Origin: a bacterium ADurb.Bin243
Lineage (GTDB): Bacteria; Muiribacteriota; UBA9980
NCBI GenBank assembly: GCA_002069765.1
Contig: MWBZ01000015.1
Coordinates: 7,579-71,578 of the forward strand
DNA length: 64,000 bases
Direction: 5' to 3'
This document shows positions 54,021 to 63,713 of the stretch, piece after piece. Under the pieces are notes generated by a model. The model saw nothing but the letters and a program-made list of their open reading frames with translations, was not told the origin of the DNA and ran no database searches. Each line of letters opens with the position of its first letter. The first letter of the stretch is position 1. The position numbers and the translations under genes are program-made.

Positions 54021-56288
54021 GTGGTAAGATTTCCGTTAAGATATAAGTTCATACTCTGGATCGCTTTTCTCGTCACCTTTATAATCATAACGGCTTCGCT
54101 TTTTTCGCTTTACCACATAACGCGCATACTCACCGACGGCCTTGAAACGCCCGGCACAAGCCTTGCCGCCGCCCTTTCTTCCATGCTTCCCGACGCCTTT
54201 AAAAATAAATCCGATAAAGAGCTCTCCGAGCTCGCGCGGCACATAGTCAAAGCCAGCGAAAACATTATCGAAATAAACGTCTTCGACCCCGGCTGGAAAA
54301 TTATCGCCCGCGCCCGCAAAGACGGTTCGCCGCCGCGCGAGGGCGAAGTGCTTCCCCGCGAAGAGCGCGCAAAGTACGCCGCGGCCAGAACGGCTTCGCG
54401 CATACATTACCTGCAGGAAGAAAGCGGCTTCGCCGAGTTCGGCTCTATCATAAAAGACGCGGACGGGCGGTTCGGCTTCGTTTCTATAAAATACTCCACG
54501 GCGCACTTCACCCGTGAAATCGACACCGCCATAAAATTTATAATCTGCCTCGCGTTAATATCGCTTTTCGCCGGAATAACGCTTTCGGTTTTCATGGCCA
54601 ATTTCATCACCCGAAAACTCAATATGCTTATTCAGAGAGTGGAGCTGGTGGCGCGCGGAGATTATTCCAGGCAGGCCGAAATCACTTCCACCGATGAAAT
54701 CGGCCTTTTATCGGCCCGTTTCAATGAAATGACGCAGGGGCTTCTCGAAAAAACCAGGATCATGCGCTTCGTTCCCGAAAATATAACCGCCCTCGTAAAA
54801 AACGACAGCGACTTTTTCAAGGAAAGCGGCGTAGAACGCAAAGTGACCGTGCTTTTCATCGACATCAGAAACTTCACGGGGCTTTCCGAATCCAACCCTC
54901 CCGACGAGATGATAAAAATGCTCAACGGCTTCCTGGAAGCCATGACAGAGGTAGTCAAGCGCAACGGCGGCGTGGTCGATAAATTTATTGGCGACGCCAT
55001 AATGGCCGTTTTTTATCCCGACGAAAACTGCGACGACGAAATCAGAGCGGTCACATGCGCCATACAGATGACCGAAGAGCTCTGGCATTTCAACCACGTG
55101 CGCGAAACCTCCGGCCTTTTTAAAATCCAGATCGGCATAGGCGTAAACACCGGCAGGGTGATAGCGGGCATGATCGGCTCGAGTTCGGGCCGGCTCGACT
55201 ACACCGTAATCGGCGACGCCGTGAACCTGGCGTCGCGGCTCGAGGGCATGTCGAAAAACGGAAAATATACCAAAATAGTTGTTTCCGAAGCTACTTTCGA
55301 CGCCGTTAAAAACATTTTCGACGGCGAGCTGATGCAGCAGGACAGCGTTAAAGGCAAAAAAGAAACCGTTAAAATGTATGAAATAATAGGCCTCAAAGAC
55401 ATCGACGGCCTTATAGCGGGGCTTGCCTCCGCGGACGAAAAAGACCGCTACAACTCGGTAAGCATGATCGGCCTGACGGGCCGGCCCGAATTAATTAAAA
55501 ACATACTTCCCATGATAAACGACGGCTCGCATCTGGTGAAAATGGCGTCGGTCACGGCTTTAAAAAACCTTATGCTCATGGATTTCGAACTGGTGAAACT
55601 GCTTTTCGGCGTGCTCGAAAAAGAAACCGACGTGAGGGTCATATCTAATTTCGTATTGGAGATAGGGCTGATAGGCGAAGACGAAGACCGCGAAAAGCTC
55701 GTCAAATATATGGACCACGAAGACCCGCGCGTGCGCGCTAACGCCATAGAATCCATAGGATATATAAAAGACCGCGGTTTCATAGCCGGCGTGCTCGAAA
55801 AAAAGCTGTCCGACCCCAACAACCGCAACCGCGCCAACGCCGCCATACGCCTCTACCAGCTCGGCGATCTCACCGGGCTTAAAACCCTTCTCGAAATGTG
55901 CCTTGACGGTTCGAATTACCTTATGCGCGCTTCGGGCGCCTACGGGCTCGGCGAAATCACTTCCAAGGAGCAGGCCCGCGTCATAGCGGAAAAGCTCGAA
56001 AACGCCGGCGATTATTTTTCGGCCGAACGGCTGGAGCTGCTCGAAAACGGGAGGCTGACTCTGGAAAAACTGCTGCGCGACGAAGAAAACATAGTAAAAG
56101 TCAACGCGGCGCGCGCCCTGGGGCGCATGGGTAATCCCCTGTCAATAACCGCCCTGGTAGATATCATAAAAACGGCGCACCCTAAAGACGACGTTTATCA
56201 ACCGGCCCTCGGCGCGCTCAAGGAACTCACGTCGCCCAACGTATTCAAACACATAGAACGCAGGTTTATCGACGGAATAAAAGATTGA
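54021..56288 (+). CDS. Membrane adenylate/guanylate cyclase (class III) with HAMP and C-terminal HEAT (PBS-lyase-type) repeats
   Basis: Two TM helices. Cyclase motifs VTVLFIDIRNFTGLSE and FIGDAIMAVFY, plus GVNTGRVIAGMIG. C-terminal repeats of the type RVRANAIESIGYI and NAARALGRMGNP. Confidence 0.8.
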   Translation: MVRFPLRYKFILWIAFLVTFIIITASLFSLYHITRILTDGLETPGTSLAAALSSMLPDAFKNKSDKELSELARHIVKASENIIEINVFDPGWKIIARARKDGSPPREGEVLPREERAKYAAARTASRIHYLQEESGFAEFGSIIKDADGRFGFVSIKYSTAHFTREIDTAIKFIICLALISLFAGITLSVFMANFITRKLNMLIQRVELVARGDYSRQAEITSTDEIGLLSARFNEMTQGLLEKTRIMRFVPENITALVKNDSDFFKESGVERKVTVLFIDIRNFTGLSESNPPDEMIKMLNGFLEAMTEVVKRNGGVVDKFIGDAIMAVFYPDENCDDEIRAVTCAIQMTEELWHFNHVRETSGLFKIQIGIGVNTGRVIAGMIGSSSGRLDYTVIGDAVNLASRLEGMSKNGKYTKIVVSEATFDAVKNIFDGELMQQDSVKGKKETVKMYEIIGLKDIDGLIAGLASADEKDRYNSVSMIGLTGRPELIKNILPMINDGSHLVKMASVTALKNLMLMDFELVKLLFGVLEKETDVRVISNFVLEIGLIGEDEDREKLVKYMDHEDPRVRANAIESIGYIKDRGFIAGVLEKKLSDPNNRNRANAAIRLYQLGDLTGLKTLLEMCLDGSNYLMRASGAYGLGEITSKEQARVIAEKLENAGDYFSAERLELLENGRLTLEKLLRDEENIVKVNAARALGRMGNPLSITALVDIIKTAHPKDDVYQPALGALKELTSPNVFKHIERRFIDGIKD

Positions 56289-56340
56289 AGGCCGCCGTAA
56301 CGGGTAAATATAAACAATTGATTTTTACAATCAGTTTTTA

Positions 56341-56369
56341 CTTGACAATAAAGAGATAATGGGTTAAGA
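56341..56369 (+). promoter_or_regulatory. Putative promoter upstream of the chemoreceptor remnant
   Basis: TTGACA (56341-56346), 17-nt spacer, TAAGAT. Confidence 0.4.
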
Positions 56370-56463
56370 TTGTTTCAAAAAAAACGGGCGGAGTTTCGTT
56401 AAAAATAATTATTGAATTTTATTGTTTCAGTTAATTTTATAATTTTATAAAGAGGTGCGATAG

Positions 56464-58266
56464 TTGTTTAACACTATTAAATCCAGGATAATTTTAGCCG
56501 GAATCGTGGCCGTAGCGATTCCGGTTATTTTTATTTTAACGCTGGTAGATAAAGAGAAAAACAACGTTTCCAGGACCGTCGCCCGGGAAACGGTAAGGCA
56601 GCTCAGCGATCACATGCAGAGCGTCGTGCGCAGCGCATATGCGCTTTGTGAAAGCCAGCACGAGCTTCTGACGAAAGTTTTACAATCCAATATGAACGTA
56701 ATGCTCGATACCGTAAAAAGCCAGTGGCGGGCTTTCGCTTTCCACAGAAAATATCGAATGGACTGCTATTAACCAGTTTAACCAGAAAGAAGCAAAAATT
56801 TCCATACCCAAACTCGTTTACGGAAAAAACGCTCTCGAGCCGGCCGGAAAATGGCTCGCACCCAATTACGAGCGAAGCATAAACACTCCCATAATAGACG
56901 AAGTGGCGAACCTGGTAGGCGACACCTGCACTATATTTCAAAGAATGAACGAAAACGGCGATATGCTCAGGGTGGCCACTAACGTAATAACCAAAGACGG
57001 CCGCCGCGCCATAGGAACATTTATACCCGCAATAGACGACGCATACCGCCGAAAATAACCGATAAATATAACGGCGATTTCAACGAAATTAAAAACAATA
57101 TCAATACCTGCATAGACACTCTCAACATGCTCATAATAGAAGACGGCGGCGCGGCGCTCAAAGCCGCTGCCGAAAAGGACCTTTCCATAAGAGTTACAGG
57201 CAAATACAGCGGCCTTTATGAAACTATGAAAAACAACATCAACAATTTACTGGACGCTCTGGACGAGTCTCTCGAGCAGGTAACCGGAAGCGCCGAGCAG
57301 GTGACGGCGGCGTCCGACGAAATCAACCGCGGGAGCCAGGCCCTGGCTCAAAGCGCATCAGAACAGGCCAGCTCGCTAGAACAGATATCCAGCAACCTGC
57401 ACGCCATGAATAAAATGGCCAAACAGAACGCCGCCAATGCAAAAGACTGCCAGCTTCTCGCGGCTAACGCTCAGAATATTACGTTCGAAGGCGTCGAGCA
57501 CATGAAAAAAATGTCGACTTCTATCGATAAAATAAAAGAATCTTCATACTCGACGGCTAAAATCATTAAAACTATAGACGAAATAGCGTTTCAGACGAAC
57601 CTTTTATCGCTCAATGCGGCGGTAGAAGCCGCTCGCGCCGGCGACGCCGGAAGAGGTTTCGCCGTAGTAGCCGAAGAAGTCAGAAATCTGGCTTTAAAAA
57701 GCGCGGAAGCCGCCAAAAACACGGCCAGACTGATAGAAGAATCGGTCAACAATTCGAACGAAGGGGTTAATATAAACAAAGAAGTTACCAGAAGCCTGGA
57801 ATCGATAAACCTTCAGGTCAACAAGCTGAGCGATTTCATGGCCGGAATCTCCAATTCGTCCGAACAGCAGAGCGTCGGCATAGAACAAATAAACATAGGC
57901 ATAACTCAGATGAACCAGCTTACGCAACAAAACGCCGCGTTTTCCGAAGAATGCGCCAGCTCGGCCGAAGAGCTTTCGGCGCAGGCCAGGCAAATGAAGG
58001 GCATGGTGTCGTCCTTCGTTCTAACCAGCGACGCGGCGGCGCGCAAAGCTCACGCGTCCGAACCCGGCCACGGTCACGATAAAAAGCTTTCAGGCGCAGG
58101 CGCCGTACAGAACGCCGCTCCTTACGAGCGCAATGAAGCGCCCAAACTTTCAACGAGATCGTACACTCACGGCCGCGATACCAGAGGAAGGTTAGCCGAA
58201 AACGTTCTACCGCAAAACGTAATTCCTTTCGACGAGGACGAAAAAACCGTTTTAAAAGAATTTTAA
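56464..58266 (+). pseudogene. Disrupted methyl-accepting chemotaxis protein gene (TM + Cache N-terminus, internal deletion/frameshifts, HAMP-like repeats + MCP signalling domain)
   Basis: Three consecutive frames. Frame 56464-56772 holds the TM helix plus N-terminus. Frame 56717-57057 holds a Cache segment ([34 protein letters not shown]). Frame 57052-58266 holds [28 protein letters not shown]-like repeats and the MCP signalling domain ([37 protein letters not shown]). The first frameshift sits at an A5 run around 56715-56719. The rest of the Cache domain and the second TM helix are absent. Confidence 0.6.
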
Positions 58267-58310
58267 AAGCCGATAAGGCCGCCGGGTTCGGCCGAATATA
58301 ACGACGCGTT

Positions 58311-59441
58311 TCAAACTCTGCGGGCGTAATACTTGTCTTGAAATTCTATTCTGCAGCAGATGCCGTTTCCGCGTTCAAAATCAACGGTCCCCTGAAGCTG
58401 ATGGCGCACGATGGAAAATATCGTTTTCATCCCGAACCTGGAATCTTTTTCAAAATCAAAACCTGAAGGGAGTCCCGGGCCGTTATCGCCGTAAACTATT
58501 TTTACGGCGCCGTTTTCGCCGCGTTCGAGCCGGATAGTGATTTCTCCGGCGGTTTCACCGGGAAAAGCGTATTTTAAAGAATTAGAAATCAATTCGTTTA
58601 TAATAAGGCCGCACGGCACGGCTATATCTATTAAAACCTCGGCCCTGGCCACATCCAGCTTAAAAGCGATCCGCCCGTCCGAAACGCTATAACTGTTTTT
58701 CAAAAGTTCGCACAAATCATCGATATAATCGCAAAAATAAATGCTCGAAAGGTTCCGCGACTGGTAAAGCTTCTGATGCACGAGCGCCATGGCGTAAATC
58801 CGGTTTTCCATTTCCTGGAAAACGCGGTTTATTTTATGGTCGCCGGAATATAAAGAGTGGAGTTTCATCATGGAGCAGATCACCTGCATATTGTTTTTAG
58901 TGCGGTGATAAAGTTCTCTGATCAATACTTCCTTTTCGCCGAGCGCAAGCCTTATCCGTTCTTCGGCTTTAAGGCGCTCGCCGAGTTCAGCCTGCAGTTT
59001 TTCGTTCGCCTTTTTTAGTTCTTCGGTCCGCTCTTCCACCAGTGTTTCCAGATGCGTGCGGAAACGGCTCAATTCGAGATGGGTGCGTACCCTCGCCAGC
59101 AGTTCGTCGCGCTGAAAAGGTTTTGCGATAAAATCAGTGGCGCCGAGTTCGAAGCCTTTTACGCGCTCTTCGAGATCGGTGGACGCGCTCAAAAATAATA
59201 CCGGAATTTCGCGTGCGGCCGGATCGGCCTTAAGCCGCCTGCACACTTCAAAACCGTCCATGCCGGGCATTTTCACGTCGAGCAGGATAAGCTCGGGAAG
59301 TTCGGTAAAAACGGATGCCAGCGCCTGTTCTCCGCTGCTGGCAGGGCGCACGGCGTATCCTTCCTGAGTCAGGATATCGGTCAGAAGTTTTAGCGCCGCC
59401 AAAGTGTCATCGACGGCCAGTATACCTTTTCTCGCGCTCAT
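58311..59441 (-). CDS. Response-regulator receiver fused to HisKA_2-type histidine kinase (REC-HisKA_2-HATPase)
   Basis: N-terminal REC (ILAVDD...LLDVKMPGMDG). HisKA_2 H-box ELYHRTKNNMQVI. ATPase G-boxes. Confidence 0.75.
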   Translation of the reverse strand: MSARKGILAVDDTLAALKLLTDILTQEGYAVRPASSGEQALASVFTELPELILLDVKMPGMDGFEVCRRLKADPAAREIPVLFLSASTDLEERVKGFELGATDFIAKPFQRDELLARVRTHLELSRFRTHLETLVEERTEELKKANEKLQAELGERLKAEERIRLALGEKEVLIRELYHRTKNNMQVICSMMKLHSLYSGDHKINRVFQEMENRIYAMALVHQKLYQSRNLSSIYFCDYIDDLCELLKNSYSVSDGRIAFKLDVARAEVLIDIAVPCGLIINELISNSLKYAFPGETAGEITIRLERGENGAVKIVYGDNGPGLPSGFDFEKDSRFGMKTIFSIVRHQLQGTVDFERGNGICCRIEFQDKYYARRV

Positions 59442-62287
59442 AATCGTCCTTTCGAGGCGCTTTGCAGCGCGTTTAGAATCGTTTTATAATCGAGCCTTCC
59501 GGCGTAAAATTCAAGGGCCTTTCCCAGCGCGGCGTCGCGCGATGAAATAACCTTTATGATTTCCGTTATTTTTTGTATATCCAGCCGTATGAGCGCGTCT
59601 TCTAATTCGGTTTTAAGCTGCGGCGGAAGCCCTGCGAAAGCGGCTTCTTCGATAACCGAGGACTGCGAGCCGCGCGAATCGGCTTCAGGCTCGCGTATCA
59701 CGTTAAGGCCCAGATGCTTTTCCAGGGCGGCAAAAATCTCTTCGGCCGGAAAAGGTTTGGCGATAAACCCGTCGCAGCCGGCGTCAAGCATTTCCCTGCG
59801 CTCGTCTTTAAACGCATGGGCCGTAACGGCTATAATAACGGCGCGCCCGCCTTCGGGAAGCCGTCTCATTTCGGCTACCGCCTGAAGCCCGTCCATAACC
59901 GGCATGCGCCTGTCTATAAAAACCGCGTGCGGCCGCCATTGCTTAAAAACTTCGAGCCCTTCGGCCCCGTCGGCCGCCTCTTTAATCATGAACCCGAAAG
60001 GTAAAAGCAGATTGCTCAGCAGGCGGCGGTTTTCGGCCTGGTCTTCGACGACGAGTATGCGGTACTCGCCGGCATTTTCAACGCCGGTCACCCTGCCGGG
60101 GGCGGCCGCATATTTTTGAACGGCGTCGATATCCACAGGGTTATAGGCTATCGTAAAGCGGAAGACGGAGCCTTCGCCGGGAACGCTCGAAGCGCTTATC
60201 GAGCCGCCGAGAAGTTCGACATATTTTTGAGTGATCGGAAGCCCGAGCCCGGTGCCTTCGCGCTGACCGATCTGCGCGAACGGCTGAAAAATCATTTCCA
60301 GCGAATCGGCGGAAATTCCCACTCCCGTATCGGCGATTTCAAAGCAAAGAAAGCGGCGGTTCTGGCCGTCATCCATGGACTGTATTCCCAGTTTGATGGA
60401 AATCCGCCCCGAGTCGGTAAATTTTATGGCGTTTCCCACCAGGTTTATTATTATCTGGCTTAATTTGCCGGGATCGGTATTGACGTATCTCGGAAAAGAA
60501 GACGACTGGTCCAGTTCCAGCGTAAGGTTTTTAGCTTCGGCGCGCACTCTGAGCATGGCGATGGTATTATTGATGAGGTCTCCCAGATCGAAATCGGACC
60601 GTTCGGCTTCCAGCTTGCCAGATTCGATTTTAGCTATATCGAGAATATTGTTTATAATGGATAAAAGGTGCTCTCCGGACTTTAGTATCAAACCCAGATT
60701 TTCTTTTTGCCTGGGCGATATTTGAGATTCGCGGTCCATGATATTCGCGAAGCCAAGAATAACGTTCATCGGCGTACGCAGCTCGTGGGACATATTCGCC
60801 AGAAAAAGCGATTTGGCCTTATTGGCGGAATCGGCTTTTTCTTTAGCCACAGCCAGTTCGCGCGTCCTATTCGCCACCAGCTCTTCGAGATTTTCTCGGT
60901 GGCGCTGCAGTTCTTCTTCGCTTTTTCGGAGCCCTTCCATGGTTTCTTTCAGCCTGCCCGACATAAAGTTAAAAGTCCTGGCAAGAATGCCTATTTCATC
61001 GGAAGAATTTACGCTCACTTTCTGGTCAAGATCTCCGCCGGTAATGCGCTCCGCCGCCTTTGTAATAAGCTGGACGGGCCTCGCTACCGTAAGGGATATG
61101 AAAACGCTTAAAAAGCCTATTAAAAGCGTTATAGCGAGGCCGGCCAGGCACATTACGCTGGTCATCCTGGCCCTTCCTTCGTCTAAAACCGTGCGGTAAT
61201 GCTGGAGCTCGTCTTCGTAAACGCTGACGCCTATGACCCAGTCCCACGGAGCAAAATAGGCTATGCGCGCGATTTTCCAGCGCGGCTCCGTCTCGCCAGG
61301 ATTCTTCCAGCGGTACCTCTCCGTATCGAACTCCGCCGGTTTAAGCGCGACGGCCTTCGAGACTATGGAGCGGATTACGTACCGCCCGTCGCTGTCGACG
61401 GTATCCCATATATCTTCGCCGTCGCGTTCGCCTTTATGCGAAATGACATATCGCCCGCGATGCTCGCCGGTGGCTCCGATTACGTAAACATATCCCGTTT
61501 TTCCGATAGAGGTCTGCAGCACTGCATTTCTAATGCGCGATTCCACGACGGACTGCCTGACGCCCACATAAATCATGCCTATGATTTCGCCGGCGCCGTC
61601 TTTAATCGGTTCGTAAGCCGTAAGGTATTTCATGTTGACGACGAATGCGTTTCCGCGATACGGCATGCCTTTCATGATAGCCGCTATCACCGGGTTTGGC
61701 TTGCCGTCCTGCCCTGCCGCCGGTATATAGGTCCCTATCGCGCGGCGCCCGGCGGTGGTTTTAACCGTAGTCGCCACGCGCAGCATATCGCCGCGCTCGT
61801 TCATGCGCTGAAAGATAGTGGCGGTTTCCCCGCAGAGCTTTTCCATGGCGTCCACGATGGGCGTTTCCGTTGCCGGATCGTCGTTCATGCCCAGCCAACG
61901 GCCGCCCGCTAGCATTTTGGGCAGCCGCGCTTCTACGGTGGAAACTCCGTTGAACTGGTTGGAAGCGCTCCAGGCTATTGTTTCGTTTGAAAGCGTTATT
62001 CCGCCGGCATCGGCGATCAGATGACGCAAAAAGTTTATATCGCCGTTCAGTTGCTGCTGGACGGCCTCGTTTTCAGTGGATACGAGATTGTAAACGCCCT
62101 GTGCTATATGGTTGAGATCGGCGTTTGCGAGCTGGTCCACTTCGTTCTGAGCGAGCCAGTTATACTGGCCGCTCTGCCAGACGGCCAGCGAAACGAGCGC
62201 GACAGCGGTAATCACCACGCTGCCGACGCCGAGCAGTGAAACCTTGACCCTCAATTTGAAATCTTTTAAAAAATCCCAAAAAATCAT
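59438..62287 (-). CDS. Hybrid sensor histidine kinase: TM-Cache-TM-HAMP-HisKA-HATPase-REC with a possible Hpt-like tail
   Basis: Cache segment ATIFQRMNERGDMLRVATTVKTTAGRRAIGTYIPA. H-box MSHELRTPMNVILGF. G-boxes. REC (ILVVEDQAENRRLL...DRRMPVMDG). Confidence 0.8.
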   Translation of the reverse strand: MIFWDFLKDFKLRVKVSLLGVGSVVITAVALVSLAVWQSGQYNWLAQNEVDQLANADLNHIAQGVYNLVSTENEAVQQQLNGDINFLRHLIADAGGITLSNETIAWSASNQFNGVSTVEARLPKMLAGGRWLGMNDDPATETPIVDAMEKLCGETATIFQRMNERGDMLRVATTVKTTAGRRAIGTYIPAAGQDGKPNPVIAAIMKGMPYRGNAFVVNMKYLTAYEPIKDGAGEIIGMIYVGVRQSVVESRIRNAVLQTSIGKTGYVYVIGATGEHRGRYVISHKGERDGEDIWDTVDSDGRYVIRSIVSKAVALKPAEFDTERYRWKNPGETEPRWKIARIAYFAPWDWVIGVSVYEDELQHYRTVLDEGRARMTSVMCLAGLAITLLIGFLSVFISLTVARPVQLITKAAERITGGDLDQKVSVNSSDEIGILARTFNFMSGRLKETMEGLRKSEEELQRHRENLEELVANRTRELAVAKEKADSANKAKSLFLANMSHELRTPMNVILGFANIMDRESQISPRQKENLGLILKSGEHLLSIINNILDIAKIESGKLEAERSDFDLGDLINNTIAMLRVRAEAKNLTLELDQSSSFPRYVNTDPGKLSQIIINLVGNAIKFTDSGRISIKLGIQSMDDGQNRRFLCFEIADTGVGISADSLEMIFQPFAQIGQREGTGLGLPITQKYVELLGGSISASSVPGEGSVFRFTIAYNPVDIDAVQKYAAAPGRVTGVENAGEYRILVVEDQAENRRLLSNLLLPFGFMIKEAADGAEGLEVFKQWRPHAVFIDRRMPVMDGLQAVAEMRRLPEGGRAVIIAVTAHAFKDERREMLDAGCDGFIAKPFPAEEIFAALEKHLGLNVIREPEADSRGSQSSVIEEAAFAGLPPQLKTELEDALIRLDIQKITEIIKVISSRDAALGKALEFYAGRLDYKTILNALQSASKGRL

Positions 62288-62304
62288 CGCATTAAAAACT
62301 TCTT

Positions 62305-62709
62305 TTAATTTTCACAGCGGCCGTCCATGAAATCTATAACTTTTTTCAGTTCTTCTATGTTGAAAGGTTTGAGGATATATGCCAGCGGATCGATTTTCAT
62401 AGCGCCGGCCATCGTTTCTTCGTCTGAATAAGCGGTCACGAAAACGATCTGCGTATTTTCACGGTTTCGCTTTATCAGCCGCGCGGCTTCGATTCCATCC
62501 ATTTTTCCGGCCAGCTGTATATCCATAAAAACGACATCTGGATTTTCGCGTGCGGCCCGTTCTACGGCTTCTTCGCCGGTAGCCACCGCTTCGCCGCACT
62601 CGTAGCCCTGAGCCGCAAGATATGCGTTCAAAAGCAGGGCAGATATAGCTTCGTCTTCAACTGCAAGTATCCTGATTTTATTTTTAATAATATATTCACC
62701 TCGCGGCAT
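62305..62709 (-). CDS. Single-domain response regulator (CheY-like receiver)
   Basis: ILAVEDEAISALLL...MDIQLAGKMDG...KP motifs. 134 aa. Confidence 0.8.
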   Translation of the reverse strand: MPRGEYIIKNKIRILAVEDEAISALLLNAYLAAQGYECGEAVATGEEAVERAARENPDVVFMDIQLAGKMDGIEAARLIKRNRENTQIVFVTAYSDEETMAGAMKIDPLAYILKPFNIEELKKVIDFMDGRCEN

Positions 62710-62822
62710 TAATGACTATTAGAAAAAATCGGTTTTACAAACGGGCCCAAACCATTATAGCATAAATAATCCATTATGTAAATTAATTTACCGCGCTTTT
62801 TAACTTAAAACCGGCTTACCGT

Positions 62823-62856
62823 GAAAAAACGCAAAAGACGGCCTTTCGGCCGTCTT
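62823..62856 (-). terminator. Rho-independent terminator (minus strand)
   Basis: AAGACGGCC / GGCCGTCTT stem with TTTC loop. On the minus strand it is followed by TTTTGCGTTTTTT. Downstream of the 62891..63442 gene. Confidence 0.7.
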
Positions 62857-62890
62857 TTGTATAAATTTAAGTTTTTTTGCTTCTAACGGA

Positions 62891-63442
62891 TTAGTTAGTT
62901 TTAACTTCGACCGTAGCCGGCGCGGCAGGAGCTTCTACCTTAACTTCGCCGGTAGCGGGAGTCGTTGGTGCTGCAGGAGCCGGAGCCTGCGCGGGGGCGG
63001 AGGCTGGAGCAGCCGCCGGGGCAGCTGCGTTATCGCTCACCGCGAAAAGCTTTCTTGCGATCACGGCGCCGTCTTTAACGATTTCTATCGCAAAGTTGCC
63101 GGCGATTTCGGAGTTGACCGGATTGATGGGGCGCAGGATTTTTTTATCGGTCGTGCCGAGTTTTTCGCTGAAAGCGACTTTTGACAGGTCGGCCATATTT
63201 TTTATTACCACTTCGATAGTGCAATCGTTTTCAAAAGGTTTTTTAGAGAATATGCTGTAATAGATTTCGCCTTTTGTTTTAAACTGCAGGGCTTCTTCGG
63301 TGGCTTTCATTTCGGGGCTCGCTTTAGCGCCGAGTTTGAAATCGAGATATTCGCTTTCCATGGGAGCCAGGTGGGGTTTCATTATATAAAAAGCTCCCGC
63401 CACCGCTAGAATTACCACAACTAAAATTACCAGATTTTTCAT
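62891..63442 (-). CDS. Membrane-anchored/secreted hypothetical protein with Ala/Pro-rich C-terminus
   Basis: N-terminal hydrophobic helix and low-complexity APAAAPASAPAQAPAPAAP tail. Confidence 0.5.
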   Translation of the reverse strand: MKNLVILVVVILAVAGAFYIMKPHLAPMESEYLDFKLGAKASPEMKATEEALQFKTKGEIYYSIFSKKPFENDCTIEVVIKNMADLSKVAFSEKLGTTDKKILRPINPVNSEIAGNFAIEIVKDGAVIARKLFAVSDNAAAPAAAPASAPAQAPAPAAPTTPATGEVKVEAPAAPATVEVKTN

Positions 63443-63633
63443 TGAACGTCCTCTTTCTTTTTACTTTTAGATTTTTAATCGATTTACCGGCCGCCGTCAT
63501 TTACTTCATACAATATAGATTTTCGACGGCTTTTCCGTAAATTCAAAAACATACTTTTAACGTGAAATTATTATACCATATTCAAACTTTTAATTCAAGG
63601 ATTTTAATTATCCGATTTAATCGACCAATTTAA

Positions 63634-63662
63634 TTGACATTTAATTTTTAAAAAAGTATAAT
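63634..63662 (+). promoter_or_regulatory. Consensus sigma70 promoter
   Basis: TTGACA (63634-63639), 17-nt spacer, TATAAT (63657-63662), about 50 nt upstream of the TolC-like gene. Confidence 0.65.
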
Positions 63663-63713
63663 AAGTTTCAATTATAAATCTAAAAGATATTTTTAAAATT
63701 AGAGGTATTTTTA

